Assembly (NCBI GenBank): GCA_043814095.1
Contig: JBDRKI010000023.1
Location: 277 to 64,276 of the forward strand
Source: Armatimonadota bacterium
GTDB lineage: Bacteria > Vulcanimicrobiota > JACPDS01 > JBDRKI01
Length of the DNA: 64,000 nucleotides
Direction: 5' to 3'
The position numbers were made by a program, and so were the translations under genes. Shown one piece after another: positions 28,815 to 39,572 of the stretch; the stretch's first letter is position 1, and each line of letters begins with the position of its first letter. Below the pieces are notes generated by a model that saw only the letters and a program-made list of their open reading frames with translations, was not told the DNA's origin and did not search any database.

Positions 28815-29831
28815 TTATTTTGTCGCTTTTATTTTTTCTTCTATTCCCGGAGGCAGTTTATCGGCCTTTATTCCGGGAGGAAGTTTTATCATTCCCGGAA
28901 CTTTTTGTGCTTTTCCGGGCGGGGTAAATTTTTTAGTAAATTCCGCTATTATCTTTTCAAGGTCTATGCTTTCAGCCGGGGGTTGTATATCTACTTTTTT
29001 CCCGAAGTTTGAATAAAGCGCTATGGCGAGAACATTAATTTTTTCATCCTGTCCGGGCGGGGTAATCTGGGTGCTTGCTGTCAGCTTGTGAGGCATAAAA
29101 TCTCTTTTTCCTATCCACATTTCAAGCTGTATATCGCTTAACGCATCCATCTGTTTGCTTAACTTATCAGGATCTTGTTTGGGTGAATCGGCTGGCGCGA
29201 ATTTCTGCATTCTCTCTATAAGATCCATTATTGCTGTTTTATCCAGTGTCAGGCCGTAATGGAAGCAGTTTATTCCTTCTACTTTCTCGGCAGGTAGTTT
29301 TTCCACTTTTCTTTCCTTCATCCATGCTTTTAATTCGGCTTCCATCTCTTTCTGCTTCGCTTCATCTAGAGGCATTTCCGTATTCGCGTTTTTATATTTA
29401 TCCAGATTTATCTTTATCCAGGTGTCTTTGAATTTACTGACGGCAATAGGCGATTTCATTTTTTCAAGAAGCTGGGGAATTTTAGTAAGTTTCAGGTAAA
29501 AGTTTTTATCGGCCATTGTTATATCCGCTTCACCTGATACTTGCACTCCCTGAAAATCAACGGCCATTTTTAATGTGCCGGCAAGTCCGGGAGATTTTTT
29601 ATCCGTAATATCAACATCACTGTCAATTTTGAGTTTCATGGATCCTTCGGTTTTATTTATGGTCCCGGTTACATCTACATCTGCGGTGTAGTGGTAATAT
29701 TTTACATCCATTAGCTTAGAGGTCATTTTCTCCATTACTTTTGCGGGTGTTAATGAGATACTCTGATACGCTAAGACTGCAAGCGCGCCTATTACCAGAA
29801 TAATCAGGATTACCGAAATGCTTTTATTCAT
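28815..29831 (-). CDS. Secreted/anchored hypothetical protein with C-terminal KLPPGI repeats
   Basis: N-terminal signal anchor; no recognisable family. Confidence 0.5.
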   Translation of the reverse strand: MNKSISVILIILVIGALAVLAYQSISLTPAKVMEKMTSKLMDVKYYHYTADVDVTGTINKTEGSMKLKIDSDVDITDKKSPGLAGTLKMAVDFQGVQVSGEADITMADKNFYLKLTKIPQLLEKMKSPIAVSKFKDTWIKINLDKYKNANTEMPLDEAKQKEMEAELKAWMKERKVEKLPAEKVEGINCFHYGLTLDKTAIMDLIERMQKFAPADSPKQDPDKLSKQMDALSDIQLEMWIGKRDFMPHKLTASTQITPPGQDEKINVLAIALYSNFGKKVDIQPPAESIDLEKIIAEFTKKFTPPGKAQKVPGMIKLPPGIKADKLPPGIEEKIKATK

Positions 29832-30019
29832 ATTATTATTACCTCCGTTTTAAAGTGTAAAAAGCTTCTATTTAAATAAAAACTATTCCTTTATTTTTGA
29901 ATATATTGCTTACCGATAATTATATAAAGGATATAAGGTATAAAAGGAGAAAAAAATATAAAATTCATTCTTTTTATTACTGCAACCCATTATATTATTA
30001 CTTTAATAAGGTGAGAATT

Positions 30020-33000
30020 ATGCGCAGAAATTTCCAAACTTTACTTATATCAGCATTGTTTTGTTTAATACTGGCAGGCATAACTTATACATCTGCTGTT
30101 TCCGGCACATGGAATGTTGTTTTTGTAATAAGTAAACTTCCTGCAGAAGCGGTATCGGGTACAATTTTAGATGTAAAAATAGGGGATACCTCTTTTGCTC
30201 TTCCTGCTCAGGCCGGCGCAAAGAAGGTGGTTCAGGTTACTTATAAAGGCGCTGATGACAGCCAGCTTAAAGCCAAAACTAACAGACATATAAAAAACCT
30301 TCCTTTTTCCGTTAAATTAAAGAAAGGAAACAGTGTGCTTGCGGAAAGATCTGAAAGTTATCTGCCTTGTTATGCTTTAAACTTCGGCACTGGCGGTCAG
30401 ATCGGTTTTTTAGTGGTCCCGGTTTATAAAAGAGGCGGATCTTCCGCGCCTTCGGTTTCGAAATCCGGCACGGAAGCGCCCGGTGCGGGAGTACCCGGTG
30501 CGGGAGTACCCGGTGCGGGTTCGGCTTCCGGTATATCGGAAGGTATAGGTGAAGGCAGCGGCAATGTAGATGTTTCTACTCTTCCTCCGGCAGGAGGTGC
30601 TGAATTAACCGGTATATGGAAGCCCGAAGTTGGTTACCACTGGATTTATCAAAGAGCAGGCGGCAGAAAAGAATCTTTATGGAAGCCTGCAGACTGGCAC
30701 ATGAACCAGCTTGCCGTTGCGTATGATCTTCCGGGTATTTTTGAAAATAAAGTTTTAAGAACCGAAAATCTAAATGGAAAATTATGTTGGGTAATAGAAT
30801 CAAAACAGACAGAAGAGCAGATACTTGTAAAAGACGGTGTTGAGTATCCCTGCAGGAAGCAGACCCTTACATTTTTAAACTGGATTGATTGTAAAACAAA
30901 TAAAATATTAAAAAGTTGTTTTGAAGAGAAGACCCTTTATTCTCCTGTTCCTTCATGGTTAAAGGATTATTTTAAACCTCTTAACAGCAGAAGAGAAACA
31001 GTATCTACCAATATGAATTATATGGCGGGAACAATGACAGAGCGTGAAATTGTTTATAACGAGGATTTAACGACAAAGAAAAAAGATACAGCTAAAACTG
31101 TTAATATCCGCCAGTTCGGATATCCCGATGCGGATTTTACGAATGCTCTTAATTCGCCTTTAGCCGTGGGCGGCAGTTATAAAATGTTTAATGTCTCGGG
31201 CACGGCGAACGCGTCTACTCCGGCGGGCCTTTACCCTTGCTATGTTTTGCAGTCCGGTCCGGCTTCTATATATGCGACACAGGCTAACCATTTTATAGTA
31301 AAATTTGTTATTCCGTACCGGCAGGGTCAGACTGAAGAAAGGGAACTTATTTACGCTAACTTTAATATAGGGCAGCCCCCGGCGCAGGTTGCGGCAATGG
31401 AGGTTATTGAACTTAAGCGCTGCAGGGAATATTATGAATTAGAAGATGCCGGCAGGTGGGTAAATCTTACCTATAAGATAAAGAACAGGGGCAATAAATA
31501 CGGGTTTGTATCCTATGACGTTAAACTTTATAAAAAGGATGAGCCCAACAGTACCATGCAGGTTGATTCAGGTGAGATTAAAACTCTTTCTGCCAGTAAA
31601 ACTGTTGAGAAGAAGAGCAAGTTCTGGCTGGACGGCGATAATAAAAAGCCGCCGGGCATATATGTAGCTAAAGTTATCCTTTATGATGAGAACAAAAATG
31701 TTCTTGATACGGAACTTGTTGAATTTCAGGTTTACACAAAACCGGAGCTGAGCATTCTGGAAGTAAAGCTTTTTAAGGATAAGTTTTTTCAACCCGAAGA
31801 TCAAGTTTCGGTAGTATGCGGGGTGGAAAATCTGGGATATGACGGCGATATGAAAGTCAAATCTCAGATTGAAGATAAAGACGGAAAAATTTACGCGGAA
31901 GGTTTTGCCGGGAAAAAGAATTTTTACGGCAAGCAAAACAAAGAGTATGTCAGCCAGTATGAAAGTTACGAGCATATTAAGATTGACCTGCCGGAAGATA
32001 TCCCTCCGGGAGAGTACAGGATAAAGACAGCCGCTTACTGGGTAAAGCCGAATGCAAGGGGCGAGGAGAAGCAGGATGAGGAGATGTTCTTCCCCGTTGT
32101 TGTCGGTGAAATTCTAGTTTCGGATATAATCCCTTTGCGGGGTTCACAGAGATTCCCGTTTAAGTTAAAGGCTGTTTATACCAATAAGAACGATATGCCG
32201 GCTAAGGGAGTTACCGGATATGTCGGGAACACGCCGTTTACGCTTGATGCGGCTGATAACGCGGATAAAAATCTTTTAGACGGCAAAGAATACATTTATA
32301 AATTCATTCCCGCAGATGCCGGCCGTACTTTTAAATGGGGAAAGCATGAATATAAGGCAAATGCGGAGGTTAAGGATAAAAGTTATACGTCGCCTTCAAA
32401 GAAGTTTGAGATAGGTCCTTATGAGTATATAGAAGAAGATGAAACTTATATTAAAAATACTTACTGGTATAAAGAATCCGGCAAAAGGGATAAAAAATAC
32501 GATTTTTCCGGAGGGGTAAATTATAAGGGTAAAAAATATTACCCTGTCTGTATAACGCGGGGAGGTTCTCCCAACGGACATCTCTGGATTGATGAAAACG
32601 AGCTTGTGCTTGAAGATGAGAACATAATAAAGGCATTGTTCGTTTATGTTGTTGTATGCGGCGACGGAAGCAAGATTCCGGAAGAGATAGCCGATTATAA
32701 CGCGAAAGTTGATGAAGACGCGGAAGCAATGAATGATATGATAGACGAAGCAAAGTTCGGTAAAGTGGCGGAGCTTTCTTCAAATATTATAGGCGTTGTT
32801 TTTTCCGTTGAAACCCTTGCGACCGGCGGCGCCGGGGCGGTTGCGAAAATAGGCAGCGTTCTGGCGGTAATTGATATTGTGGCGCAGACAAAATCAAGCA
32901 AAGATATTTTAACTGACTTATGCGCCATGGACGAGAACAGTTTAGGCAACGCGGCTGATGTTGAAAACTTCCAGCAGATAGAAAAGCTTCAGGTTAAGTC

Positions 33001-33712
33001 TCCGGTTAATGAACCGTTTAAAACAGGGTACGGGGAAGTGTCGCTTACAGCCGGCACCATTAAAGAAGCGGCGGAAGTTATACAGATGTATAACGCAAGA
33101 CAGACACAGCTCAAGAGTTTCGCGAGCGCGTTTGCCGCAAGTCAGAGCAAGGCGCTTATTAACAAGGCGATGTTGAAATCAAAAATGGCGTCAGCGGGTT
33201 TTTCTATGGGAACGGCAATCGCGGCATGGATAGAAAGCCCTGGTGATATTGCTCCTGACGCGTTATACCTTGCGCTGTGCTATCAGAAAAGGTGCATCTT
33301 AGATAAAAAGATAGTAGAAATTTATAAAAATGCCCGGGACGGGATATCAAGGGATGAAGAAGTAAATGATCTTATACTTCTTCCGATAAACAAGGCGCTT
33401 TCGGCGTCTATGGCCGCCGTTATTCTGGAAGAAGGCGCGTCCATACTTGATAAGCGCGGGAAAACCATATCGGGCGCGCTTATAAGAGGGTCGCTCTGGG
33501 CGGCTAAAAAAGCGGGCATTACCGACAAAGACTACGGCGACAGGATAGAGGAGATAAGGGAAGAAGGCGCCTCTATGGCAAGAAGTCTGTCAAATATGTA
33601 TATGGATGAATATGAACATAACGATAAAGTAATTTCGTACCAGCTAAGCAATGCAATGACGCGGATTAATCTCGGTGAGCAGTTAAGAAATACGTTTGAC
33701 AGAAAGATATAG
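30020..33712 (+). CDS. Very large secreted protein (~1230 aa), unknown function; contains (PGAGV)x3 repeat and a C-terminal ~350-aa alpha-helical region
   Basis: ATG at 30020 with AAGGTGAG RBS and a signal peptide (the ORF-track start at 29897 is rejected); no recognisable catalytic motif. Confidence 0.55.
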   Translation: MRRNFQTLLISALFCLILAGITYTSAVSGTWNVVFVISKLPAEAVSGTILDVKIGDTSFALPAQAGAKKVVQVTYKGADDSQLKAKTNRHIKNLPFSVKLKKGNSVLAERSESYLPCYALNFGTGGQIGFLVVPVYKRGGSSAPSVSKSGTEAPGAGVPGAGVPGAGSASGISEGIGEGSGNVDVSTLPPAGGAELTGIWKPEVGYHWIYQRAGGRKESLWKPADWHMNQLAVAYDLPGIFENKVLRTENLNGKLCWVIESKQTEEQILVKDGVEYPCRKQTLTFLNWIDCKTNKILKSCFEEKTLYSPVPSWLKDYFKPLNSRRETVSTNMNYMAGTMTEREIVYNEDLTTKKKDTAKTVNIRQFGYPDADFTNALNSPLAVGGSYKMFNVSGTANASTPAGLYPCYVLQSGPASIYATQANHFIVKFVIPYRQGQTEERELIYANFNIGQPPAQVAAMEVIELKRCREYYELEDAGRWVNLTYKIKNRGNKYGFVSYDVKLYKKDEPNSTMQVDSGEIKTLSASKTVEKKSKFWLDGDNKKPPGIYVAKVILYDENKNVLDTELVEFQVYTKPELSILEVKLFKDKFFQPEDQVSVVCGVENLGYDGDMKVKSQIEDKDGKIYAEGFAGKKNFYGKQNKEYVSQYESYEHIKIDLPEDIPPGEYRIKTAAYWVKPNARGEEKQDEEMFFPVVVGEILVSDIIPLRGSQRFPFKLKAVYTNKNDMPAKGVTGYVGNTPFTLDAADNADKNLLDGKEYIYKFIPADAGRTFKWGKHEYKANAEVKDKSYTSPSKKFEIGPYEYIEEDETYIKNTYWYKESGKRDKKYDFSGGVNYKGKKYYPVCITRGGSPNGHLWIDENELVLEDENIIKALFVYVVVCGDGSKIPEEIADYNAKVDEDAEAMNDMIDEAKFGKVAELSSNIIGVVFSVETLATGGAGAVAKIGSVLAVIDIVAQTKSSKDILTDLCAMDENSLGNAADVENFQQIEKLQVKSPVNEPFKTGYGEVSLTAGTIKEAAEVIQMYNARQTQLKSFASAFAASQSKALINKAMLKSKMASAGFSMGTAIAAWIESPGDIAPDALYLALCYQKRCILDKKIVEIYKNARDGISRDEEVNDLILLPINKALSASMAAVILEEGASILDKRGKTISGALIRGSLWAAKKAGITDKDYGDRIEEIREEGASMARSLSNMYMDEYEHNDKVISYQLSNAMTRINLGEQLRNTFDRKI
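30479..30520 (+). repeat. 15-bp tandem repeat CCCGGTGCGGGAGTA x2.8 within the large CDS
   Basis: Read directly; encodes PGAGVPGAGVPGAG. Confidence 0.85.
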
Positions 33713-33729
33713 AAGAAAGGTGTGATTTT

Positions 33730-35055
33730 ATGAAGATATTAATTTGTAATACTGCGGCTGTTACTCTTGACGGCGAGAGGAGCATACTGCCCGAAGTTGA
33801 TATAGCTATAGAAGACGGCAGGATTTTATCCGTAGGAAATACACCTGGTGATTTTAAAGCCGAGAGGGTTATAGACGGTTCGGGTTATGCGGCATCTCCA
33901 GGCTTTTTTAATACCCATACCCATTCTGCGATGACGCTTGAGAGGGGCTGGGCAGAGGACCTTCCCTTTGACAGGTGGCTTAATGAGAAGATATGGGTTG
34001 CGGAAGGAGCCCTGGAGAAAGAAGATGTTTACTGGGGCGCGGCTTTAGCTTGCTGCGAGATGATAAGATCCGGTACGGTCGGGTTTGCTGATCATTATTT
34101 CTGGATGGATGAGACAGCCCGGGCTGTCTCTGAATCAGGGATGAAGGCTTTACTTGCCTGGTGCCAGTTCGGGATAGGGAAAGACAAAGAGGTAGGCGGT
34201 ATAACCCTGGAAGATACAGTGGATTTTATAAAAAAGTATCATAATTCAGAAGAGGGTAGGATAAAATGTTTTTTAGGTCCCCATTCCCCTTATATGTGTC
34301 CCCCGGATTTTCTAAAAAAGATTGTTAAAGCGGCTGGGGATTTAAATGTGGGGATCCACCTTCACCTGTCGGAATCCGATGATCAGGTTAAAAACTCCTT
34401 AAAGGCATATAATAAAACTCCGGTAGAGCATCTTAAATCCCTGGGTGTTTTTGATCATAACTGCATAGCGGCTCACTGCATATCGGTAAGTGATAATGAT
34501 ATCTCTATTCTGGCTGAGAAAAAAGTTAATATAGCGCATACTCCGAAAACATATATGAAGCTTGCGATGGGCATGGCGCCTCTGGATAAATTTATTAATG
34601 CAGGAATTAATGTAGGGCTTGGAACGGACGGGCCGGCCTCAAATAGCGACCTTAATATGCTTGAAGTCTTGAGGATTACGGGTCTTGTTCACAAAAACCG
34701 GCTTTTAGATCCTTCAGCGTTCCCGATAAATGAACTTTTAAAAATGGCAGCTCAAGCAGGGGCAAAAGCCATGGGATTTGAGGATACAGGGGTGTTAAAG
34801 CCCGGCGCTTCTGCCGATATTGTTTTATTTAATACTCAAAAAACCCACTGGGCACCGCGTCATGATATATCTGCGAATATAGTTTATTCATCACATCCTT
34901 CAGATATAGAGTATGTTATCTGTAACGGAAGAATAATTCTTGATAAAGGTCAGATTATGACTTTTGACGAAGAGAAGGTAAAATATGAAGCGGAAAGAAG
35001 AGCGTTCCGCATGACCGCCCGTCCGATGCATCTTGTGCGGTCATATAAAGCGTAA
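33730..35055 (+). CDS. Amidohydrolase, MtaD/chlorohydrolase-like (5-methylthioadenosine/SAH deaminase family)
   Basis: GFFNTHTHSAMT metal-binding motif and the overall TIM-barrel amidohydrolase pattern. Confidence 0.7.
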   Translation: MKILICNTAAVTLDGERSILPEVDIAIEDGRILSVGNTPGDFKAERVIDGSGYAASPGFFNTHTHSAMTLERGWAEDLPFDRWLNEKIWVAEGALEKEDVYWGAALACCEMIRSGTVGFADHYFWMDETARAVSESGMKALLAWCQFGIGKDKEVGGITLEDTVDFIKKYHNSEEGRIKCFLGPHSPYMCPPDFLKKIVKAAGDLNVGIHLHLSESDDQVKNSLKAYNKTPVEHLKSLGVFDHNCIAAHCISVSDNDISILAEKKVNIAHTPKTYMKLAMGMAPLDKFINAGINVGLGTDGPASNSDLNMLEVLRITGLVHKNRLLDPSAFPINELLKMAAQAGAKAMGFEDTGVLKPGASADIVLFNTQKTHWAPRHDISANIVYSSHPSDIEYVICNGRIILDKGQIMTFDEEKVKYEAERRAFRMTARPMHLVRSYKA

Positions 35056-35080
35056 AAATATAAATATCCGGGAGGCAGCC

Positions 35081-36526
35081 ATGAGAAACAAGAAGGTATT
35101 ATTTGTCCTGATTTCGGGTATAGTCTTAGTATCCTTAATATTACTATCGTTCCAGGCATTTTCATGTGAGAAAAAATCGCTTATTGCAAAATCAGTTAAA
35201 CAGCTGTGTCCGGCGGGTTATGAGTATTATAAAAACGATGCCGCTGGTATATCGTTTAATAAGCCGGCTGGCTGGGATGTATTTATTGATAACGGTGTTG
35301 TCATGATAAAGCCTTCTTATGAGGGTGCGACCTGTATCTTTTTGTATCCCATATGGCATGTAAATAAAAAAATGGACGCGGTTTCATTTTTAAGTTTTAT
35401 GTACTATACGGCAAAAAAAGAAATGCCCGGTCTTGAAATAATTGATAAAAGGGCAAATGCGAATAAAACAATGGCTGAAGTAACGACTACGGTTACGGAC
35501 TGCGGTGTTCCCGCTAAAGGTTTTTATATGGTGAGTTTAGCGGAAGGAAGGGGGCTTTACTGCGGGTATGAAGCGCCTTCGGGTGAATATGATTCCAAGC
35601 AGACTACACTGCGCGAGGTTTTAAAAAGCTTAAGCATTGTCCCCATGACATTCTATAATGCGTCAAAGAGCGGCAAATATTATGCAAGCACTCCGGCTTC
35701 GCAGAGCATCGCCCCCACGATAAATACAAACAATTTTGTCACAAAATCCTCCAGTGACGGCACGATGTATGTAGCGTGCCCGCCGGACTGGCAGGCTAAC
35801 GGCGGTAATTACTTTTTTATAGCGCATTCTCCCGACGGCAAGCTGGGTGTGTTTACATCCGATAACCATCAGCCAAAAACTTTTGACCCCCAGCAGTATC
35901 TTCTTTATCAGCTTATGCCTTTTATGAAGTGCTCAAATACGGTTATTGCCGGAAGCGAGCCTAACAATGATTATATGAAAATGCTTCAGTCGCAGGGCAT
36001 TCCGTCAAATGCCGTAAATTTTTACGGCGAGACAACCAACGGTGAGGGATTGCGATTAAAATTCGCGATCATGGTAAGCGCGACAAACCTGCAGGGGTAC
36101 GGGGCTCCGGGCGGTTATGTTTCCGTAATAGGAGCTTTCGGAGCGCCTGAGCTGTTTGACAGAAATTTTAATGTTCTTCTTGCCATGGCATTATCCGTAA
36201 CCGCGGACAGCGGCAAGATAATGGGCAATTTAAGAGCGAATCTTGACCGCCTGGGACAGGCTTCAAAAACAATGTCTCAGACCGGCGATGTTGTTATACA
36301 GGGTCTGCGCCAGGGTTCGGCAAACACGGATAGGGCATTTGATAAATATAACTATTATTCAGCCGGCGAAGAAGCAAGATATTCTCCGGGTGAAAACAAG
36401 ATTTATGTTGTGGATTCAAGTCTTGAGAAATACGCTGAAAACCCCAATTATTCGGGTGAGATGCTTACGGAAGTACCGGATCATCTCTGGAACCAGCTGC
36501 CCCATGACAGGCAGTATGCGCCTTAA
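35081..36526 (+). CDS. Secreted hypothetical protein (~480 aa)
   Basis: GGGAGG RBS; N-terminal signal/TM segment; family unknown. Confidence 0.5.
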   Translation: MRNKKVLFVLISGIVLVSLILLSFQAFSCEKKSLIAKSVKQLCPAGYEYYKNDAAGISFNKPAGWDVFIDNGVVMIKPSYEGATCIFLYPIWHVNKKMDAVSFLSFMYYTAKKEMPGLEIIDKRANANKTMAEVTTTVTDCGVPAKGFYMVSLAEGRGLYCGYEAPSGEYDSKQTTLREVLKSLSIVPMTFYNASKSGKYYASTPASQSIAPTINTNNFVTKSSSDGTMYVACPPDWQANGGNYFFIAHSPDGKLGVFTSDNHQPKTFDPQQYLLYQLMPFMKCSNTVIAGSEPNNDYMKMLQSQGIPSNAVNFYGETTNGEGLRLKFAIMVSATNLQGYGAPGGYVSVIGAFGAPELFDRNFNVLLAMALSVTADSGKIMGNLRANLDRLGQASKTMSQTGDVVIQGLRQGSANTDRAFDKYNYYSAGEEARYSPGENKIYVVDSSLEKYAENPNYSGEMLTEVPDHLWNQLPHDRQYAP

Positions 36527-36552
36527 TTAACAGGAAATAAAGAGAGGTAGTT

Positions 36553-37596
36553 ATGAGAAAAGTGTTCTTAAGGGTTGTTTTAGTATTTATTTTTTCCGTT
36601 GCATTAATATTGTCTTCCGGCGCTTATGATATAGACTCAAGAGGTGATATAGCGGTAGGTTCCGGAGACAATAATTCAAAGATAGAGATAGCGGGCGGCA
36701 GGTTTGTTATTGTTGCCTTAAAATATACTTCGGGCACGGGTTATACCTGGAAAGCGGTAAAAGCTGATCCTTATTATGTCCAGCAGGTCGGAAAAGAAAC
36801 AACAGAAATCCCGGAATCGGCTATACCCGGTGCTCCCGGTTATCAGAAATTTAAGTTTAAAATGAAAAAAAAGGGTGAGACAACACTTCAGTTTCAGTAC
36901 CTGCGGCCATGGGAGGAAGATCAAAAAGGTTCCGAGACATTCACAGTGAATCTTGTGATAACATCAGATGATTTTAACGTAAAATACCGCACATTGAATA
37001 AGAGAATATTCCAGCAGAGCGAAGAATGCTCAATATCCGTGTATTACCCTCAGATAGACGGATTTTCTGATAAGGATTCCCAGGATAAATTAAACGGGAT
37101 TATAAGCGGGTATATTAACGGGCTCCTCGGCCAGTTTAAGAAAGATATGAAAGACAGGAACAGAGAAGTTTTATGGACCCTGTATGTTGATTATGAAGTT
37201 AAATTTGAATCCAATAAGCTTATAAGCATGATATTTACAGGTGACTGCTATGAAGGCGGAGCTCATCCGGACCAGATTACTTATACTTTAAATTATGACC
37301 TCCAGAACGAAAAGATCCTTTCTTTAGGGGACTTTTTTGAAGAGGGCACCTCTTACCTGGATCCTATATCTTCTTACTGCATAAAATATCTAAATGAAAA
37401 ACAGGTTTCTAATCCGGACTGGATAAATAAAGGAGCAACTCCGGTAGAAGAAAATTACAAGTCTTTTTATGTAGTTGAAGATAATTTAGTTATAGTTTTT
37501 CCACACTACCAGGTTGCCCCTTATTATGAAGGCATACAGGAAGTCCCGGTACCTTTTAAAGATTTAAACGGTGTTAAAAATGAATTAATGAAGTAG
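36553..37596 (+). CDS. Secreted protein with chagasin/I42-like N-terminal region and DUF4163/DUF3298 (RsiV-like) C-terminal domains
   Basis: TSGTGYTW motif (I42-like); YYPQIDGFSDKDSQDKLN...GGAHP block typical of DUF3298. Confidence 0.5.
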   Translation: MRKVFLRVVLVFIFSVALILSSGAYDIDSRGDIAVGSGDNNSKIEIAGGRFVIVALKYTSGTGYTWKAVKADPYYVQQVGKETTEIPESAIPGAPGYQKFKFKMKKKGETTLQFQYLRPWEEDQKGSETFTVNLVITSDDFNVKYRTLNKRIFQQSEECSISVYYPQIDGFSDKDSQDKLNGIISGYINGLLGQFKKDMKDRNREVLWTLYVDYEVKFESNKLISMIFTGDCYEGGAHPDQITYTLNYDLQNEKILSLGDFFEEGTSYLDPISSYCIKYLNEKQVSNPDWINKGATPVEENYKSFYVVEDNLVIVFPHYQVAPYYEGIQEVPVPFKDLNGVKNELMK

Positions 37597-37625
37597 AAAA
37601 GATATATAAAAAGCAATGATAAAAA

Positions 37626-37900
37626 GGCCGGCATGGGCGCTTGCTTGCCGGTGAAAGTCCGATACGGAGGTTGATAGCGCCAACAGTTAGCCAAAGACAA
37701 GGGTGTCCGTTGTGAGGCGGAATTTCAAGGAAGTCGGAGGCAAAGCTTCGGTCTGAGGAACACGAACCGCATAAAAGGCATAGCTCTGCGGGCGAGTTTG
37801 CACAACAAAACGAAGCCCCAAACTATCCGAAGCAGGCAGTGTAAATGCGGCAGATATATGAAGCGAAAGTAAGGGCTAACAAAGGAAGTCACGGTATAGA
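37626..37900 (+). mobile_element. GC-rich structured RNA segment resembling group II intron domain I (internal fragment)
   Basis: GTGAAAGTCCGATACGGAGG and AAAGACAAGGGTGTCCGTTGTGAGG parallel the Ll.LtrB domain I blocks GAAAGCUGAUACGGGAAC and AAAGACAAUCGGGUACGACUGAG in the same order. No GUGYG 5' end was found. Confidence 0.4.
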
Positions 37901-38109
37901 CGGGCGGTATTTGAATCCTTTCATCTTCATAATTGTTATTTTCTATATATATCAAGGAATTCCTCTGTTTGCCGGCTTTTCTAAACAGGGTAATACAACT
38001 TTTGCTGTATTTTGCTCAGAAACATAAAATCAAAGTTCTAAATTGGCTTGACACTTAGCAATTCTAATATTGACATTTATTCCATAATAGAGTAATCTAT
38101 TATGGAGAT

Positions 38110-39387
38110 ATGATTAAAGAAAGAAAAATATTCGCCAAATTGCTGAAAGAAGCTTCCGTGCCGAAAGTGTCTATAATTTTGGGCTCGAGGCAGGTGGGAA
38201 AAACCACCGCTTTGGAATACGTGTTTGAAACCATCTGCGGGAAAGGAAAGCATAAGGGCATATTTTTAGATTTAGATATTTATTCTAACTTTGAAAAAAT
38301 TTCTTCCTACGAAAATGCCGTTAATACTTTTAAATTGGCGGGGTATAACCCTGAAAGCAGGGAAAGGTTCTATGTTTTTCTTGATGAGTTTCAGAGGTAT
38401 AAAGATTTAACGGTCATAATAAAAAATATATATGATCATCATAAAAACATAAAAATATATGCTACCGGTTCTTCTTCCATAACGATAAAATGCAATGTTC
38501 AGGAGAGTTTGTCGGGAAGAAAAATAATTACATATTTATTTCCCTTGAATTTTGAGGAATTCCTTATTTTTAAAAATAAAAAAGACTTACTGGCGGCGCT
38601 TAAAAATGTTTCATCGCTTAGAGGGGAAGACCTTTTCGCCCCCTCCAAAGAACTTTTTGAAAATTTGGAAGAATTTATAAGGTTTGGGGCATACCCCGAA
38701 GTGGTATTGGCGGGGAATAAAAAAGACAAGACGGAAATTTTGAGGAGCATTTTTGATTTATATGTAAAAAAAGAGCTGGTGGAATATTTAAAAATAGAAA
38801 AAATATACGAAACCAAACGGCTGATTCAATATCTCGCGGTAAATAATGCGCAAAAAATCAAATATCAGAATATTTCACAGTTTGTGGGTTTTTCCCAAAA
38901 AACGGTTAAGCATTATATAGAAATCATAAAAGAAACCTTTTTGCTTGTCGAAATAAAGCCGTTTTTCGCGAATAAAAACAAAGAATTGGTAAAAATACCA
39001 AAAATATATTTTGTAGACACGGGTGTTGCGAATTTCTTTACCAATAATTTTAATAAATTGGAATTAAGAAACGATTCGCCGTTTTTATTTGAAAACTTTG
39101 TTTTATCCGAATTTCTAAAAAACGGTTTCATCGAGGACAATATTAAATTTTGGCAGGATAAAAATAAAAACGAAGTGGATTTTATATTGGAAAAGAGCTC
39201 AAAGGTCACGGCAGTGGAAGTTAAATTTAAGAAAAATCTTAAGGCCTCGGATTTTTCTTCGCTTAATTTGTTTAAGAAGGACTACCCCGGCACGGACTGT
39301 GTTTTGATTAACCTGTCTTCGCAGAAAAAACACAAAAACATAAAAACGATGCTGCCGTATAAAGCGGCATATGCGGCAGAGATATAG
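38110..39387 (+). CDS. AAA_14 ATPase with C-terminal DUF4143
   Basis: GSRQVGKTT Walker A near the N-terminus; architecture typical of the widespread AAA+DUF4143 'ATPase' family. Confidence 0.75.
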   Translation: MIKERKIFAKLLKEASVPKVSIILGSRQVGKTTALEYVFETICGKGKHKGIFLDLDIYSNFEKISSYENAVNTFKLAGYNPESRERFYVFLDEFQRYKDLTVIIKNIYDHHKNIKIYATGSSSITIKCNVQESLSGRKIITYLFPLNFEEFLIFKNKKDLLAALKNVSSLRGEDLFAPSKELFENLEEFIRFGAYPEVVLAGNKKDKTEILRSIFDLYVKKELVEYLKIEKIYETKRLIQYLAVNNAQKIKYQNISQFVGFSQKTVKHYIEIIKETFLLVEIKPFFANKNKELVKIPKIYFVDTGVANFFTNNFNKLELRNDSPFLFENFVLSEFLKNGFIEDNIKFWQDKNKNEVDFILEKSSKVTAVEVKFKKNLKASDFSSLNLFKKDYPGTDCVLINLSSQKKHKNIKTMLPYKAAYAAEI

Positions 39388-39572
39388 TAAGAAAGGGACG
39401 TTCCTTTCTTTGTTTTTTTATCTCTTGTTTTTCAGTTCATAATACTTTGCCCAGAATCATTTGGCGAAAAAAAACTCTATGTTCTTGCCTCGTTCGGCAA
39501 TAGCGCATCGCAAATTTGTAGTATTGATGTATGTGAAAAAATTGGTTGTATCGAAAAACAGGCTGTCGCTTT

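Noticed and set aside
29897-30019. N-terminal extension of the large protein as given by the ORF track (start 29897)
   Set aside because: The downstream ATG at 30020 has a strong RBS and is followed immediately by a signal peptide; the extension has no RBS and an AT-rich, promoter-like sequence.
37626-37720. Possible cobalamin riboswitch (GCCGGTGAAAGTCCG resembles the GGTGnnAAnTCC segment)
   Set aside because: No GGGAA element and no proper B12 box (GCCACTG). The collinear matches to group II domain I blocks explain the region better.
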